A stretch of 64,000 nucleotides of DNA from Eledone cirrhosa (Eukaryota): assembly GCA_964016885.1 (NCBI GenBank), contig OZ024746.1, forward strand, positions 85,932,001-85,996,000. The letters run 5' to 3'. This document shows positions 29,531-43,942 of this stretch, in pieces (the first letter of the stretch is position 1; each line of letters opens with the position of its first letter). The notes beneath the pieces are model-generated. The model was not told the DNA's origin, did no database searches, and saw only the letters and a program-made list of their open reading frames with translations. A program made the position numbers and the translations under genes.

Positions 29531-29984
29531 TGGGCGGTAGATTGGCAGTATCGGTGGAGGGTCATTACGCCCTTAAAAACACGCGCACCTATTGAGTTTT
29601 ACTTCAGTTTTTATTATTATTAGAGCGTCAGACGCCATGCTTTGCAGCATAGAGTTATGGTCCTTTACGTTCCGAGTTCAAATCCGCCGAGTTTAACTTT
29701 GCCTTTCATTCTTACGGGGTCGATAAAATAAAGTACTAGTCACGCACTGGGGCCGATTTAATCGACTTCCCCTCCCCCATAATTGCTGGCCTTGTGCCTA
29801 TATAAGAAACCATTATAATTAGAGCGTCAGAGACCATGCTTTGCAGCATAGAATTATGGCCCTTTACGTTCTGAGTTCAAATCCCGCCGAGGTTAACTTT
29901 ACCTTTCATCCTTACGGGGTCGATAAAATAAAGTACCAGTAATGCACTGGGGTAATTGCTGGCCTTGTGCCAAAAGTAGAAACT
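29531..29984 (+). mobile_element. Tandem tRNA-derived SINE copies
   Basis: Head fragment followed by two copies of the family core. Confidence 0.85.
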
Positions 29985-30711
29985 GCAGTGCTACTTGTTT
30001 TCAATGCCGTGAAACCACGGAATGATGACAGTACTACAGTTTTTTTGACCTAGTCGCAAGTTTCATAAATGTTTGCGGACTATAAGTCCCCGTTGATCCA
30101 AAATTATACTTTGAAAATTAAATTTTAATCTTTGTTTTACTTAAGCATTTATTGAATAGTCAAAGCTAACAGTCTTACGAGCAACTACTAACTTCTTTGC
30201 TCCTTTCGTTCCTCAATATGCCTTGCTTTTTCAATGAACCCTTGCTTTCTTGTGCGCCTCTTGAGTCTCCCAATGCCATCAGGTAACCGATAGTGCTGAC
30301 TTTGTAAATCACTGTTCTCGTCTCATAGGACTCCCAGGTTTGAAGTTAATTGTGTCGAGAATGCACTTGCTAATTATTCCCAATTCTCTGCTGAATGGGA
30401 CTGATTATTATGCATTTAGGAGACGATATTGCTCTTGTGGTCATTAAGGGTAATATAAGGTTTGTCTACGATGATAAAACTCATGCGTTCTATTTTATTT
30501 GGGAAGAATTGAGCTCCCTCACTTCTATGTTTATGGAGTTGTAAGAGGTAGGGATGTAGGGTTTAGTGATGTCGTTTATCATATATTTAGATTATTTGGT
30601 GGTGTTCAGTTCATATATATTGGATATTTTATCCGAAGATGTGTTGGCGATATGGGACTGTTTGAAATTTACAGTTAATTAATTATTCGAAGTGTTTTGG
30701 AAGGACTTGTG

Positions 30712-31162
30712 TCCAAAAGGTGTTCAGACGCTTTTCCCGCTCATGTATCTTATTTTGTTTTAATCAGGTCAGACTTGAGACCTCCAAACTCTGTAAAGGT
30801 GTTCGGATACTTTCTCCGCTCATGTACCTTGGATTTTTTATCAGGTCAAATTTGAGGTTTCCAAACTCCATAAAGGTGTTTAGACACTTTCCCTGCACAT
30901 TTACCTTTTTTTATCAGGTCAAATTTAAGGGTTCCAAAGTCCTTAAAGGTGTTTAGACACTTTCCCCTCTCATGTACCTTTTTTTTCTTATCAGGTCTGG
31001 TGTCAGACACTTTTCCGCTCATGTACCATGTGTTTATCTTATAAGGTCAAATTTGAGGTTTCCAAAGTCCATAAAGGTTTTCAGACACTTTCCCGCTCAC
31101 ATACCTAGGATTTTATTTATTTATCAGGTCAGATTTGAGGCTTCCAAAGTCCTTAAAGGTGT
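30712..31162. repeat. Diverged tandem repeat, ~60-65-bp unit, about 7 copies
   Basis: TTATCAGGTCAAATTTGAGG..TCCAAAGTCC.TAAAGGTGT..AGACACTTT.CCGCTCATGTACC. Confidence 0.85.
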
Positions 31163-31554
31163 ACCATGGGACTCTCGCGCATTCTACACTTCTATATATT
31201 GCTGATCCACAAGTAACTGAAGTGTTCTTATTCTTTATAGGTCAGACACGGACCGCTACCCCCTGCTGTGCTACATACAAGTCATTAACACAGCAATATT
31301 ACGCAAGACTAACTTTATTGAATTACAAACAGAATAATAAAGAAGATTAAATGACAACAACAATAGCAACAACAACAAAAACAATAACAATAACAATGAC
31401 AACAACAATTGTCTTCTGGCTACACATGATTCATTTTAAAATACTTTGTCTGAACAAAAAAAACAAAACATACCACCTACAACAATTATAGCAAAGAATT
31501 ACCATAATTATTTAATTATTTATAGTATTATTTGTTTGTGGCCTCGTTTACACG

Positions 31555-31606
<52 letters not shown>

Positions 31607-31647
31607 AGTATATGTTGGTTGTTTGCCAACACCTCAGTTGCCGACAC

Positions 31648-31693
<46 letters not shown>

Positions 31694-31709
31694 CATACAC
31701 ACACACACA

Positions 31710-31794
<85 letters not shown>

Positions 31795-31822
31795 GCTGTT
31801 ATAGTCATGTTACTATATATAT

Positions 31823-31881
<59 letters not shown>

Positions 31882-31951
31882 ATACATACACACACACACA
31901 CATATATATATATAGATATATATATACGCTGTTATAGTCATGTTACTATAT

Positions 31952-32005
<54 letters not shown>

Positions 32006-32008
32006 CAT

Positions 32009-32066
<58 letters not shown>

Positions 32067-32086
32067 GCTGTTATAGTCATGTTACT

Positions 32087-32171
<85 letters not shown>

Positions 32172-32243
32172 ATATATATATCTGTGTGTGCATGTATGTA
32201 TATTTACACGGGTACAAGGCCACAGACACATATAGTACTATAA

Positions 32244-32727
32244 ATAATTGTTTCTACTTTTGTCACAAGGCCAGCAATTACCCAGTGTATTACTGGTACT
32301 TTATTTTATCGACTACGCTCTACCATAACGCTAATGATAATTATGATGATGATGATAATTATGATGATAATGATGGTGCTGATAATGATGATGATGATGA
32401 TGATGATGTTGATGATAAGGATAATAATGATGATGTTGATGATGATGTTGATGATAATTATGATAATGACGATGATGATGATGATGGTGGTGATGATAAT
32501 GATGACAACGATGATGATGATCATGGTGGTGATGGTGGTAATAATTGTTTATACTTTTGGCACAAGGCCAGCAATTATCCCAGTGTATTACTGGTACTTT
32601 ATTTTATCGACCCCGTAAGGATGAGAGGCAAAGTTAACCTCGGCGGGATTTGAACTCAGAATGGCAAGGGCCGTAACTCTATACGTCAAAGCATGGCGTC
32701 CGACCCTCTACCAATACTGCCAATTCA
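32244..32727 (-). mobile_element. SINE fragment, (GAT)n tract and full SINE copy
   Basis: Family core at 32244-32312 and 32543-32727. Confidence 0.8.
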
Positions 32728-32766
32728 TGGTAATAATGATAATTAAATCTAATTTTTTCAACTTAC

Positions 32767-32879
32767 CGTGCTGTCTAAACCAAGTGTTATAAGCATGAGG
32801 AAAAAAATAATTGCCCAGAAGGTTGAACCGGCCAACATAGAAACTGCTTCCGGGTAAACCACGAACACCAGACCGGGGC
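32767..32879 (-). CDS. SLC6A4: SLC6 transporter exon (EL4, TM8)
   Basis: CCTTTAG|GC acceptor, |GTAAGT donor, 113 bp. (G)[37 protein letters not shown]. Confidence 0.95.
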
Positions 32880-33191
32880 CTAAAGGTAGAAACATAATAC
32901 ATAGAGCCATAGTAATTTAATGTAGCAATATATACTCTTTATATATACTGTAAACATCTACAAACTGTCTGTATCTCGGTCTGTCTGTTTGTTTGACTGT
33001 CTGTTTATGTATCTGGTCATCTATCTATCTATATATGTAAAATCCCCGGCATGTGTCGTTGTTTTGTCCCCTTTTCTTGTGCGCCCTTGTGGCAAATAAA
33101 GAAATATATCTATCTATCTATCTTGTAAAATGCCCGGCATGTGTCTTTGTTTTGTCCCCTTTTCTTGTGCGCCCTTGTGGAAAATAAAGAA

Positions 33192-33257
<66 letters not shown>

Positions 33258-33618
33258 GTATGTATGTAATATTATGTCGGATCACTCTTGAGTGCTACTG
33301 GTAACATGTAACCCAGTATAACCTGGCGCAAGGACGGGTCGTCGGCGACTAAACATGAAACCCCACCAAGTTTACTTGGTGAGGAGGGTGATTTTGGACA
33401 CCCTGCAGGACAAAAAACAAAACCTGACAAAGAGCGGAAGAACTCATTGAAGGCATTGCACGATAGAATGAATTAATAATTATTAATAATAGTATATAGT
33501 GCAATGGCCATACTCGATAAGGAGGGGGCAGCCATCATGCATGGATGCATGTATGTATGTATGTATGTATGTATGTATGTATGTATGTATGTATGTATGC
33601 TATCTATCTATCTCTATC

Positions 33619-33649
<31 letters not shown>

Positions 33650-33820
33650 CTGACTATCTGAATGTGTGTCTGTTTATGAATTTGTCTGTGTGTTTTTCTG
33701 TCTGTTTGTCTGTCCATCTATATCTATATCTTTCTATTCATTTATCTCCTTCCCTCTCTTTTTCGCCCCCCCCCCCTCTCACTATATATATATGCGTTTG
33801 TGTGTGTCTATTTAAATTAT

Positions 33821-34009
33821 TTGTTTCTACTTTTGCCACAAGGCCAGCAATTATCCCAGTATATTACTGGTACTTTATTTTATCGACCCCGTAAGGATGA
33901 AAGGCAAAGTTAACCTTGGCGGGATTTGAACTTAGACCTTAAAGGGACGTAACTCTTTGCTGCAAAGCCTGACGCCCGACCCTCTACCGATACTGCCAAT
34001 CCACCGCCC
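33821..34009 (-). mobile_element. Full-length tRNA-derived SINE
   Basis: Complete head (GGGCGGTGGATTGGCAGTATCGGTAGAGGG), B box and core. Confidence 0.88.
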
Positions 34010-34288
34010 TTTATTTAAATTATTAATTATCACTGTCACGTTTGTGTCACCTTGATCAATTACTTCAAGCGCAAACATATTAAGCACTCCACGTCAGTTG
34101 TACCAAGCTAACTATAATATGGGTTCACATAGTCCAGTACACAACGGAGTATTGGTGTATGAATGAATATGAAAAGAAAGCGTGCTACATTTTTGTTATT
34201 ACGGATATGCCTGTTAGCCTTTCCGTAATGTAAATCGGACAGACACGATTTCCTCTGGTTTTTGCAAGACTTCTGACGAAGACATGTC

Positions 34289-35170
34289 TTCCCGACTTAC
34301 ATTATGTTGAGGTTAACTTTGGCGGTTCCCGACTTACATTATGTTGAGGTTAACTTTGGCGGTTCCCGACTTACATTATGTTGAGGTTAACTTTGGCGGT
34401 TCCTGACTTACATTATGTTGAGGTTAACTTTGGCGGTTCCCGACTTACATTATGTTGAGGTTAACTTTGGCGGTTCCCGACTTACATTATGTTGAGGTTA
34501 ACTTTGGCGGTTCCTGACTTACATTATGATGAGGTTAACTTTGGCGGTTCCTGACTTACATTATGATGAGGTTAACTTTGGCGGTTCCTGACTTACATTA
34601 TGTTGAGGTTAACTTTGGCGGTTCCCGACTTACATTATGTTGAGGTTAACTTTGGCGGTTCCTGACTTACATTATGTTGAGGTTAACTTTGGCGGTTCCC
34701 GACTTACATTATGTTGAGGTTAACTTTGGCGGTTCCCGACTTACATTATGTTGAGGTTAACTTTGGCGGTTCCTGACTTACATTATGATGAGGTTAACTT
34801 TGGCGGTTCCCGACTTACATTATGTTGAGGTTAACTTTGGCGGTTCCCGACTTACATTATGTTGAGGTTAACTTTGGCGGTTCCTGACTTACATTATGAT
34901 GAGGTTAACTTTGGCGGTTCCTGACTTACATTATGTTGAGGTTAACTTTGGCGGTTCCCGACTTACATTATGTTGAGGTTAACTTTGGCGGTTCCTGACT
35001 TACATTATGATGAGGTTAACTTTGGCGGTTCCTGACTTACATTATGTTGAGGTTAACTTTGGCGGTTCCCGACTTACATTATGTTGAGGTTAACTTTGGC
35101 GGTTCCCGACTTACATTATGTTGAGGTTAACTTTGGCGGTTCCCGACTTACATTATGTTGAGGTTAACTT
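34289..35170. repeat. Homogeneous 37-bp minisatellite, about 24 copies
   Basis: TTCCYGACTTACATTATGWTGAGGTTAACTTTGGCGG; only two variable positions and no spacers. Confidence 0.96.
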
Positions 35171-35171
35171 A

Positions 35172-35460
35172 GGGCGGTGAATTGGCAGTATCGGCAGAGG
35201 GTCGGACGCCATGCTTTCCAGCACAGTTACGTCCCTTTACAGTCTGAGTTCAAATCCCGTCGAGGTTAACTTTGCCTTTCATCCTTACCGGGTCGATAAA
35301 ATAAAATACCAGTAATGAACCGGGTAATTGTTGGCCTTGTGTCTAAAGTAGAAACAATTATGTTGAAGTTAACTTTGCCTTTCATCCTTACGGGGTCGAT
35401 AGAATAAAGTACCACTGGGGGTAATTGCTGGCCTTGTGCCAAAAGTAGAAACAATTATTA
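35172..35460 (+). mobile_element. Full SINE plus a duplicated 3' half
   Basis: Head, B box and core, followed by a second core copy. Confidence 0.85.
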
Positions 35461-36088
35461 CAGCCAACAGTTATATCTGGAAATGCGTATAATGTCAGTT
35501 TATTCAATAAACTGAAATAAGAAAAAGTAGTACTCTCTCTTCATATTTATTCACAAACGCAAACAAACACACATACACACACAGACACATCACACACACC
35601 ACTCACACATACACACGCACACACACACACGCGCGCACGCACACACCACTCACACACATACACACACACTCTCATACACACACACGCACACACACACACA
35701 CACCACTCATACACATACACACTCACACCCACACACACACACACACACTCACGCACATACACCCTCACACACACACACGCACACATACACACACATACAC
35801 ACACATACACACGCACACACACATAAATACACACACACACACCACTCGCATACACACGCACACACACATACATACACACACACACACCACTCGCATACAC
35901 ACGCGCACACGTCACACACGCGCGTCACAGTACACACACACACACCACTCACACACACACATACACCACACACCACTCACACACATACATATCCACACCC
36001 ACACTCACACACATGTCTGTCTGGCTGTGTATTACTAACATACTGTATATGTGTAAAAGAATGCTACAAAAATTATTATTTTACCAAC

Positions 36089-36213
36089 CAGGAACAGCTA
36101 TTTCATCTATCTTTACTTTAGCCACGTGAGCCATATAACCAAGCACGGAAAATACAACAAAACCTGCCAGGAAGCTTGTCAAACAGTTGATAAGACTAGT
36201 AGCCATGGCGTCT
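36089..36213 (-). CDS. SLC6A4: SLC6 transporter exon (TM7)
   Basis: GTTTCAG|A acceptor, G|GTTGGT donor (phase 1 is required by the next exon), 125 bp. DAMATSLINCLTSFLAGFVVFSVLGYMAHVAKVKIDEIAVP(G). Confidence 0.92.
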
Positions 36214-36257
36214 CTGAAACGAAATATAGATACGTAGAGTACATAAATATATTAGAT

Positions 36258-36596
36258 CAGTGGTTCTCAATCATTTTTTCGCTGTGGACCACCAAAATAA
36301 GTAATTTTTTCCTGTGGACCACCTAAACTTTTAAATCTTTTGTAATAGAACTGTTACTTATAAGCATCAGTAGATGTTTTTTTTTCAATGAATTAGAAAA
36401 TGCTATTATCATGTCGCAGTGCCTAAACATCTGCGCAAATAAACTGCTGAAGCCGTACTTATGCGAAGAACAAGAACAGCGCTTTAAGTCAAATGCATGG
36501 ATCAAAAGAGAATTTGCTATTGAAAATTTTCTGTGGACCACCTGAATTTTCCTGTGGACCACTAGTGGTCCACATGGACCAGGCTGAGAACCCCTG
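36258..36596. mobile_element. hAT (Charlie-like) MITE
   Basis: TIRs CAGTGGTTCTCA/TGAGAACCCCTG, subterminal TGTGGACCAC repeats, imperfect 8-bp TSD TATTAGAT/TTATAGAT. The empty site is visible in the adjacent duplication. Confidence 0.82.
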
Positions 36597-36897
36597 TTAT
36601 AGATCGCTGAAGGGTGAGTATCATTTTGGCAAGGGTGAGTAAAAGGTTAGGGGTACACAAGTGTGAATTTACTAAAGCTTGTCAAACAGTTTATAAGGCT
36701 GGTAGCCATGGCGTGTCTGAAAGAAAATATAGATACGTAGATTTAGAGTACATAAATATAGTTATAGATCCCTAAAGGGTGAATAACATTTTAGCAAGGG
36801 TGAGTAAAAGCTTAGGGGTACACAAGTGTGAATTTACTAGTTTGAATTATTGGATTGGAGGTATCATCATTACCATTATCATTATTATCGGACGCCA

Positions 36898-37555
36898 GGG
36901 CGGTCGATTGGCAGTATCGGTAGAGGGTCGGACACCATGCTTTGCAGCATCGAGTTACGGCCCTTTATGATCTGAGTTCAAATCCCGCCGAGGTTAACTT
37001 TGCCTTTCATCCTTACGGGGTCGACAAAATAAAGTACGAGTCACGCACTGGGTTCGATTTAATCGACTTTCCCCTCCCCCCAAATTCCTGGCCCTGTGTC
37101 TATACAAGATATCATTATCATTAACATTATCATAGAGCGGTGAATTGGCAGTATCGGTAGAAGGGTAGACGCCATGCTTTTACAGCATAGAGTTATGGTC
37201 CTTTACGGTTTGAGTTCAAATCCCGCCTTGGTTAACTTTGCCTTTCATCCTTACCGGGTCGATAAAATAGAGTACCAGTAATACATTGGGGGTAATGCTA
37301 GCTTTCTGCCAAAAGTAGTTAACAATTATTATCATTATCATTAGCATTATCGTAGAGCGTCGGGCAACATGCCTTGTGGCATTGAGTTACGGTCATTTAC
37401 GTTCTGAGTTCCAATCCTGCCGAGGTTAGATTTGCCTTCCATCTTTACGGGGTCGCTAAAATAAAGTACCAGTAACGTACTAGGGTCGATTTAATCGACT
37501 TTTACCTTCCCTTCAAATTGCTAGCCTTGTGCCTATAGTAGAAATCATTATTAAT
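36898..37555 (+). mobile_element. Three tandem SINE copies
   Basis: Family core at ~36975, ~37213 and ~37405, separated by ATTATC-type tails. Confidence 0.85.
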
Positions 37556-38589
37556 ATCTTTATAAGGGGAGAACAAAAATGGCTGGATCATATAGATTAG
37601 CTAGCAATTATCTCACATTTAGTGGAATGCCTGATTTGGTGTGACGGCCATTAGCGATATGTCGTTCAACTTGATATCCATGATCTTCGTGCCTACCAAA
37701 TCTGTCCTTCCCAGTGTCGGATTTACCATTGTACTTAAGTTTGCTTAAGCACAGGCTCCCGTTGGCCAGGAAGGCCCCTTCTTCCTGCCAAAAAACGTTT
37801 TACCTCTTTCAGGGCCCAAGTAAGGGCGTGACAACTTAACTAGCACAGCGCCCCATATTTCTAAAATCCGGTACTGATCCTTTTCCCATTGAAAGGCAAT
37901 CCACGTTTTAAAGGTTCGTTTCCATTCATAGTTTTTAAGTTTTATTAAACACTTGTAAAATAGTTACGTTTGTAGGATCATATTCGACTAATTTGTTTCG
38001 GAGTGAACACAAAATATATTTTGTTTCATTGGGTCTATTGAATAAATAAACAAATTGACAAGCCCTGGGTCGCCTTCTTCTTCTTCTTCTTCTTCTTCTT
38101 CTTCTTCTTCTTCTTCTTCTTCTTCTTCTTCTTCTTCTTCTTCTTCTTCTTCTTCTTCTTCTTCTTCTTCTTCTTCTTCTTCTTGAGAGGGTCGTAGGGA
38201 CAGAGTCCTCAAACACTCCTTACAGCGGGTCATGTCAGAAGCAACCGTTTCCAACTGACCCGGCTGGATCCCCAAGAGAGACCAGCAAAGATCATGGATG
38301 TTACCCAACCATCTTGTGTGTATGTGTGTGTATGTATTTATGCATTTGTATGTATGTATATATGTATATATGTGTATATATGTATGTGTTTGTGTATGTA
38401 TGTGTTTATGTATGTATGTATATGTATGTGTGTATGTCTGGAAGTTGTTGGTGATGGCAGCACCGGTAGTGGTGTAAGTAGTTGTGGTAATTAGTATTTA
38501 ATGACATGTGTGAAACTGATGTTCTGCCGAGATGGAGGAAGTGTGGAGAGGATGTTTAAAATAAACACACACACACACACACGCACACT

Positions 38590-38776
<187 letters not shown>

Positions 38777-38797
38777 ATACACACACATGTGTGTATG

Positions 38798-38929
<132 letters not shown>

Positions 38930-39189
38930 TGTATATATCATTTCAGGTGTTGTTAGTTTTATATAGCACCAGTTACTTATTTATTTTGCTGATTTTGGGT
39001 TTATTTTAGCATTGCCTTATGATATGAGTACTGGCTGATTCAATGATTAATCGTTATTTTTGTGGGGAATCCTGTATAACATGGATGTATTTATTGTCTG
39101 TTAGTGTTTTCTTATTCACCTTTGTTTTGCGGTGTTTTATGTAGTGCGTTGAGGCGAAAAGAAGCAATTGCAACACACACACACTCACA

Positions 39190-39298
<109 letters not shown>

Positions 39299-39399
39299 TA
39301 TATTTCCCTACCTTTCTGCCTACTTACCTAGTTATCTAGTCACATACCTACTTACCACCACTCTATCTATCTATCTATTTATCTATTTATACCACATTA

Positions 39400-40390
39400 C
39401 AAGGAGTATTAGAGTGGAGAGAGAAGTACTGCACCTAAGTAAATTTACTGAAAAGTGGGTGAATGTGGCGAGAATGGCCCGAGTGATTGGGCCTTCTTTG
39501 TATATAAACCTGTAGGTTGAGGAAGAGAGGGAATAGACGAAAGGGGTTCTTGCAAAACATGCTCCTGGGGTTGGTCTATCTACGGGGTGTAAAACAACCC
39601 AATTGCAACGCCTCCCCTCCTATTGGGGATTTCGATTGTTAAATTTTTAATGTTATAATTTTACTCTTCTTACACGATTATAAGTAAAATCCCCGCCATG
39701 TCCTTGTATTGTCCCATTTCTTGTGCGCCCTTATGGCAAATAAATGTATCTATCTATCTATCTATCTCTATATCAGCCTGTAGATTGAGGAAAAGGAGGA
39801 GGAGAGGAAAGGAGTACAAGCTCTTCGTACTCCTGGAGATGAGGGTTGCACATGTTTTTCGGGGGTATGTGTTACCCATATAAACTGTCTCCCTCTATTG
39901 GGGAAAATCGACTAACTTTTAAATTCCATCTGTGATAACATTTTACACGTTTTTATTGTATGTAAACTTCCCCCTTTGTATTTGTCCCCTTCTTTTGTGC
40001 CCCTGTGGCTAATAAAGAAATATATCTATCTATCTATAAGTGGCGAGAATGGCCCGTGTGAATGGGCCTTCACTCTACATCAGACTATAGGTGAGGAAGA
40101 TGAAAGACCAAGGGAGCACCCCTTCTCTGTGCTCCTGAGGAGAAGGGTTGCACACTTTTTTCGGGGGTGTGTGCGACCCCCCAAGGCGCCTCCTCTCTAT
40201 TGAGGACTTTGTTATAAATTTTATTTTTTGTTATATTTTATTTTATTTTTATATATTGTTATTGCCTCCTCCTTATTGAGGACGCCTTGTTTTGTAAACT
40301 CCCCCCATTGTACTTGTCCCACTTTTGATGCCCTGGTGGCAAATAAAAGAAACATATCTATCTATCTATCTATCTATCTATATCTATCAA
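39400..40390 (+). mobile_element. Stacked 3'-end fragments of a LINE/SINE family with (CTAT)n tails; the same tail occurs twice at 33035-33260
   Basis: Repeated TTGTCCCC...TTGTGCGCCCTTGTGGCAAATAAAGAAATCTATCTATC terminus. Confidence 0.6.
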
Positions 40391-40759
40391 TCTATCAGTT
40401 TATCAATATGCACTCAGATATACATACTCACATACATTCAATCATACATACATGCATACATAATTCCAAAAATTCTGCATCTAATAACTGCATATACACT
40501 TGTACAGATACAAAGCATATACATCCACACATACAATAACATCCATATCTACACATGCATGCACGCAGACATGCATAATATCTACCTAGTTGATGTTGTG
40601 TAAATTCCAATGACAGATTCTTGTGTCTATGTTAGAAACCGGCTCTCTCTATTGGTAAAGAATTTGTGAAATTATAAAACCAGAACATACATTCATGCAT
40701 GCATACATACATACATACATACATACATACATACATACATACATACATACATACATACA

Positions 40760-41730
40760 ATCTTGGACCAACAACCGCTATATTGGCTCCCACTTTGAAG
40801 GATACGCTTTTGAAAATCCAAGAACAGGAAATTAATACGAAATACCCGATTCACAAAAGAGATAGGGATGCAGGCAAAACACCTAGCTGTGATAACGAGT
40901 GCAGACTCTGCAGAATTAACATCGAAGATGTCATCCATGTCATCAGCAGCTGTCCAAAGATATCATCGCGGTACTATCTACCTATGAGGCATGATGTAGT
41001 GGCCAAAACACTGTACAATGCAATCCGTAAAAAAGATAGCCCCGATAATATACACATTAAAAGCTACAGCAATGTGGAAGACATCCATATACATAATATG
41101 AAAGAGTACTGGTGGAATGTTCCAGTAAAAACCACAATAAAATGCAGGCATAATAGAGCAGATATTATGATATGGGACAGGGAAAAGAAGGCATGCACAG
41201 TAAGTGGAAGTTAGCTACCCAGCAGATGCCAATATAATATCAAAGATTAGCGTAAAGGAGAATATTTATGCAGAAGTGATGAGAAATCTGCAGACACTCC
41301 ACCCTGATTACACATTCAGATTTATACCTGTGATTATTGGGGCACTGGGGTATGTTAGTAACTGCCTCAATACAAATCTTGAGAAGCTAGGCTTCACATG
41401 AACAGAAAGAACACAACTAGTTAGGAAATAACAAGTACAATCCATTAATGGAACAGTAAAAATATGTAAAACATTCCAAAGATTTTGCATCTAATAACTG
41501 CATATACACATGTACAGATACAAAGCATATACACATGCACACATACAACTCAAAACATCCACATCCACACATAGAATAACATCAATATCTACACATGCAT
41601 GCATGCATACATAATCTACCTAGTTGATGTGTAAATTCCAACGAGAGAGTCTTGTGTCTATGTTAGAAACCGACTCTCTCTATTGGGAAAAAATTTGTGA
41701 AATTATAAAACCAGAAGAACATACATTCAT
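40760..41730 (+). mobile_element. R4/Dong-like non-LTR retrotransposon 3' portion (CCHC knuckle and restriction-like endonuclease) in (TACA)n
   Basis: CRLC-x4-E-x3-H-x4-C, RHDVV, HNRADIMIWD, EVS.P, PVIIGALG. A copy of its 3' UTR lies upstream at 40475-40700. Confidence 0.85.
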
Positions 41731-42359
41731 GCATACATACATACATGCATACATACATACGTACATACATACATGCATACATACATACGTACATACATAC
41801 ATGCATACATGCATATATATATACATTCATGCATGCATACATACATGCATACATACATACATGCATACATACATACGTACGTACATACATACATACATAT
41901 ATGCATACATACATAGATGCATACATACATGCATCCATACATACATGCCTATATACATATATACATACATGCATACATACATGATGGCTGCCCCTCGTTA
42001 TCAACTATGTCCATTGCACGATATAACATTGCATGACATAATTATTAATAATTATCAATTAATGCTATCATGCAATGCCTGTGCGTGAAGATTTTTTTCA
42101 AAGCGAGGAAAGACTGCACTGAGCCAATCCCACTCTCTGAGCGACAGTAGCTATAACCCGAAAAAGAAGCAAAGATCAACATTATCGGTAACTACTGAGC
42201 AGCAGGTTTTATATCGGAGTCATCCCAGTTTCCTGAGTTCCCTCTCCTAGAAGAATGCCCTGACAAAGGCTAGGGGTCCTTCACTGCCAGTGATTTAACC
42301 GCGCCTTCGGGTATCTAGCCCAATTATTTCTATCTCCGCGCGCATATACACACATATGT

Positions 42360-42700
42360 ATGCTTTGGCCCCACTCGGTCACGGATGACCATGGTTTTGC
42401 ACCTAGAAAGCTTCCTCCGAGGCACAAGCCTGGGCAAGGATGTTTAAGGAAGACCAGCAGTCGCCCATGCATACAGGTCTCCCCTCTCCACGCCACCGAC
42501 GTTGTCGAAGGGAAAGGCAATGACCGATACAGCTTGGCACCTGTGATGTCGTAACTCATTTCTACAGCTGAGTAAACTGGAGCAACGTGAAATAAAGTGT
42601 CTTGCTCAAGGACACAACGCATCACCCGGTCCGAGAATCGAACTGACAACCTCTTAATTGCAAGCCCAATGCTCTAACGACTAAGCCATGCACTTTCCAC
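42360..42700 (-). mobile_element. Second SINE family (tRNA head, TGTGTCCTTGAGCAAGACACTT core); relatives at ~58185-58497, ~59990-60155 and ~62995-63275
   Basis: TGGCTTAGTCGTTAGAGC A-box-like and GTTCGATTC B-box-like motifs; shared core ACTTTATTTCACGTTGCTCCAGT. Confidence 0.75.
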
Positions 42701-42706
42701 ACATAT

Positions 42707-42765
<59 letters not shown>

Positions 42766-42808
42766 CATACACATACATACATACATTCCGACAGTAGCAC
42801 AGAAACTT

Positions 42809-42966
<158 letters not shown>

Positions 42967-43942
42967 CGCCCATATACAATTACATATTGATGGAATGCTG
43001 GACCACTTGCAATATATATATATCTAGACAACGACAATCTTATTTATGTATAAATTGTGAGTTGTTGACCTAAAGGATGGCGCCACTTAAGGACTGAACT
43101 AAAATAAAACAGGCATAGAGAGTGCTTACTTCATTGTGAGTGCATATCGCTCTCTCTCTATTTCCTTTTATATATATATATATATAGTGTGAAAGTCATC
43201 TTACTGCTATCCTCTTTCTCTCTCCCCCTTCTCTCCCCTTTACCTCTTGTTTTCTTTCACCCCCGCTGCTGGTCACACACTCTCGGCTGGCCTCTTCTTC
43301 ACACTTTCACTCACTCACTCTCTGCTACTCCCCCTCTCTCACTTCCTTCCGTCTGGCCTATGTGAAATTCTTTTCTCTCTCACTTTTCGCGTGGCTCGGA
43401 CGTGTCTGCCCCTTCTCGTCATTTGATTTGTTCGGACTTAAGCCCACAACTTTCATTGACTTGTCTCTCTTTTCCTCTCTTTACGTTGCATTACTACCAT
43501 GTTGTTTGTTGACTTTCCTTTTCGCTCTGTCCCGATAACTTAATTTAGTTATCGCTCGCACTGATTTTAGGTATCTAGTCTTTAATGCGAAGTAATACCA
43601 ATGATAATCAGCAGACTACTGATGATGGACAGTCCTGTTTCTCGGTCTATTTTCATTCATATATATATATAGGAGGAAGTTGTAGTTCACTTGAAGCATT
43701 GCGTAATGAGGTATAAACGTTTGGAGTTGGAAGGCGAAGACAATGCAGGTATGGATATAGAATATAAATACAAATGCAAAAGATATTACTGACAATTAGT
43801 CTTTTACCTTAAATTTATTTGAATTTCCTGACAAATATTCAAATAAATTTAAAGTAAAAGACTAATTGTCAACAATATCTTTTGCATTTGTATTTATATT
43901 CTATATCCATACCTGCATTGTCTTGGCCTTCCAACTCCAAAC

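Noticed and set aside
33821-34009. tRNA gene suggested by A/B-box motifs
   Set aside because: It is the head of a multi-copy SINE, continuing into core and tail, with no complete cloverleaf.
34268-34292. CTGACGA followed by a small hairpin
   Set aside because: No GAAA box or cleavage triplet follows.
34289-35170. CRISPR-like array suggested by the 37-bp periodicity
   Set aside because: Units are head-to-tail with no unique spacers, there are no cas genes, and the context is eukaryotic.
40600-40670. Possible hammerhead in the R4-like 3' UTR (CCAATGA...GAAAC...GTA)
   Set aside because: Core and stems are not convincingly conserved in the second copy at 41635-41700.
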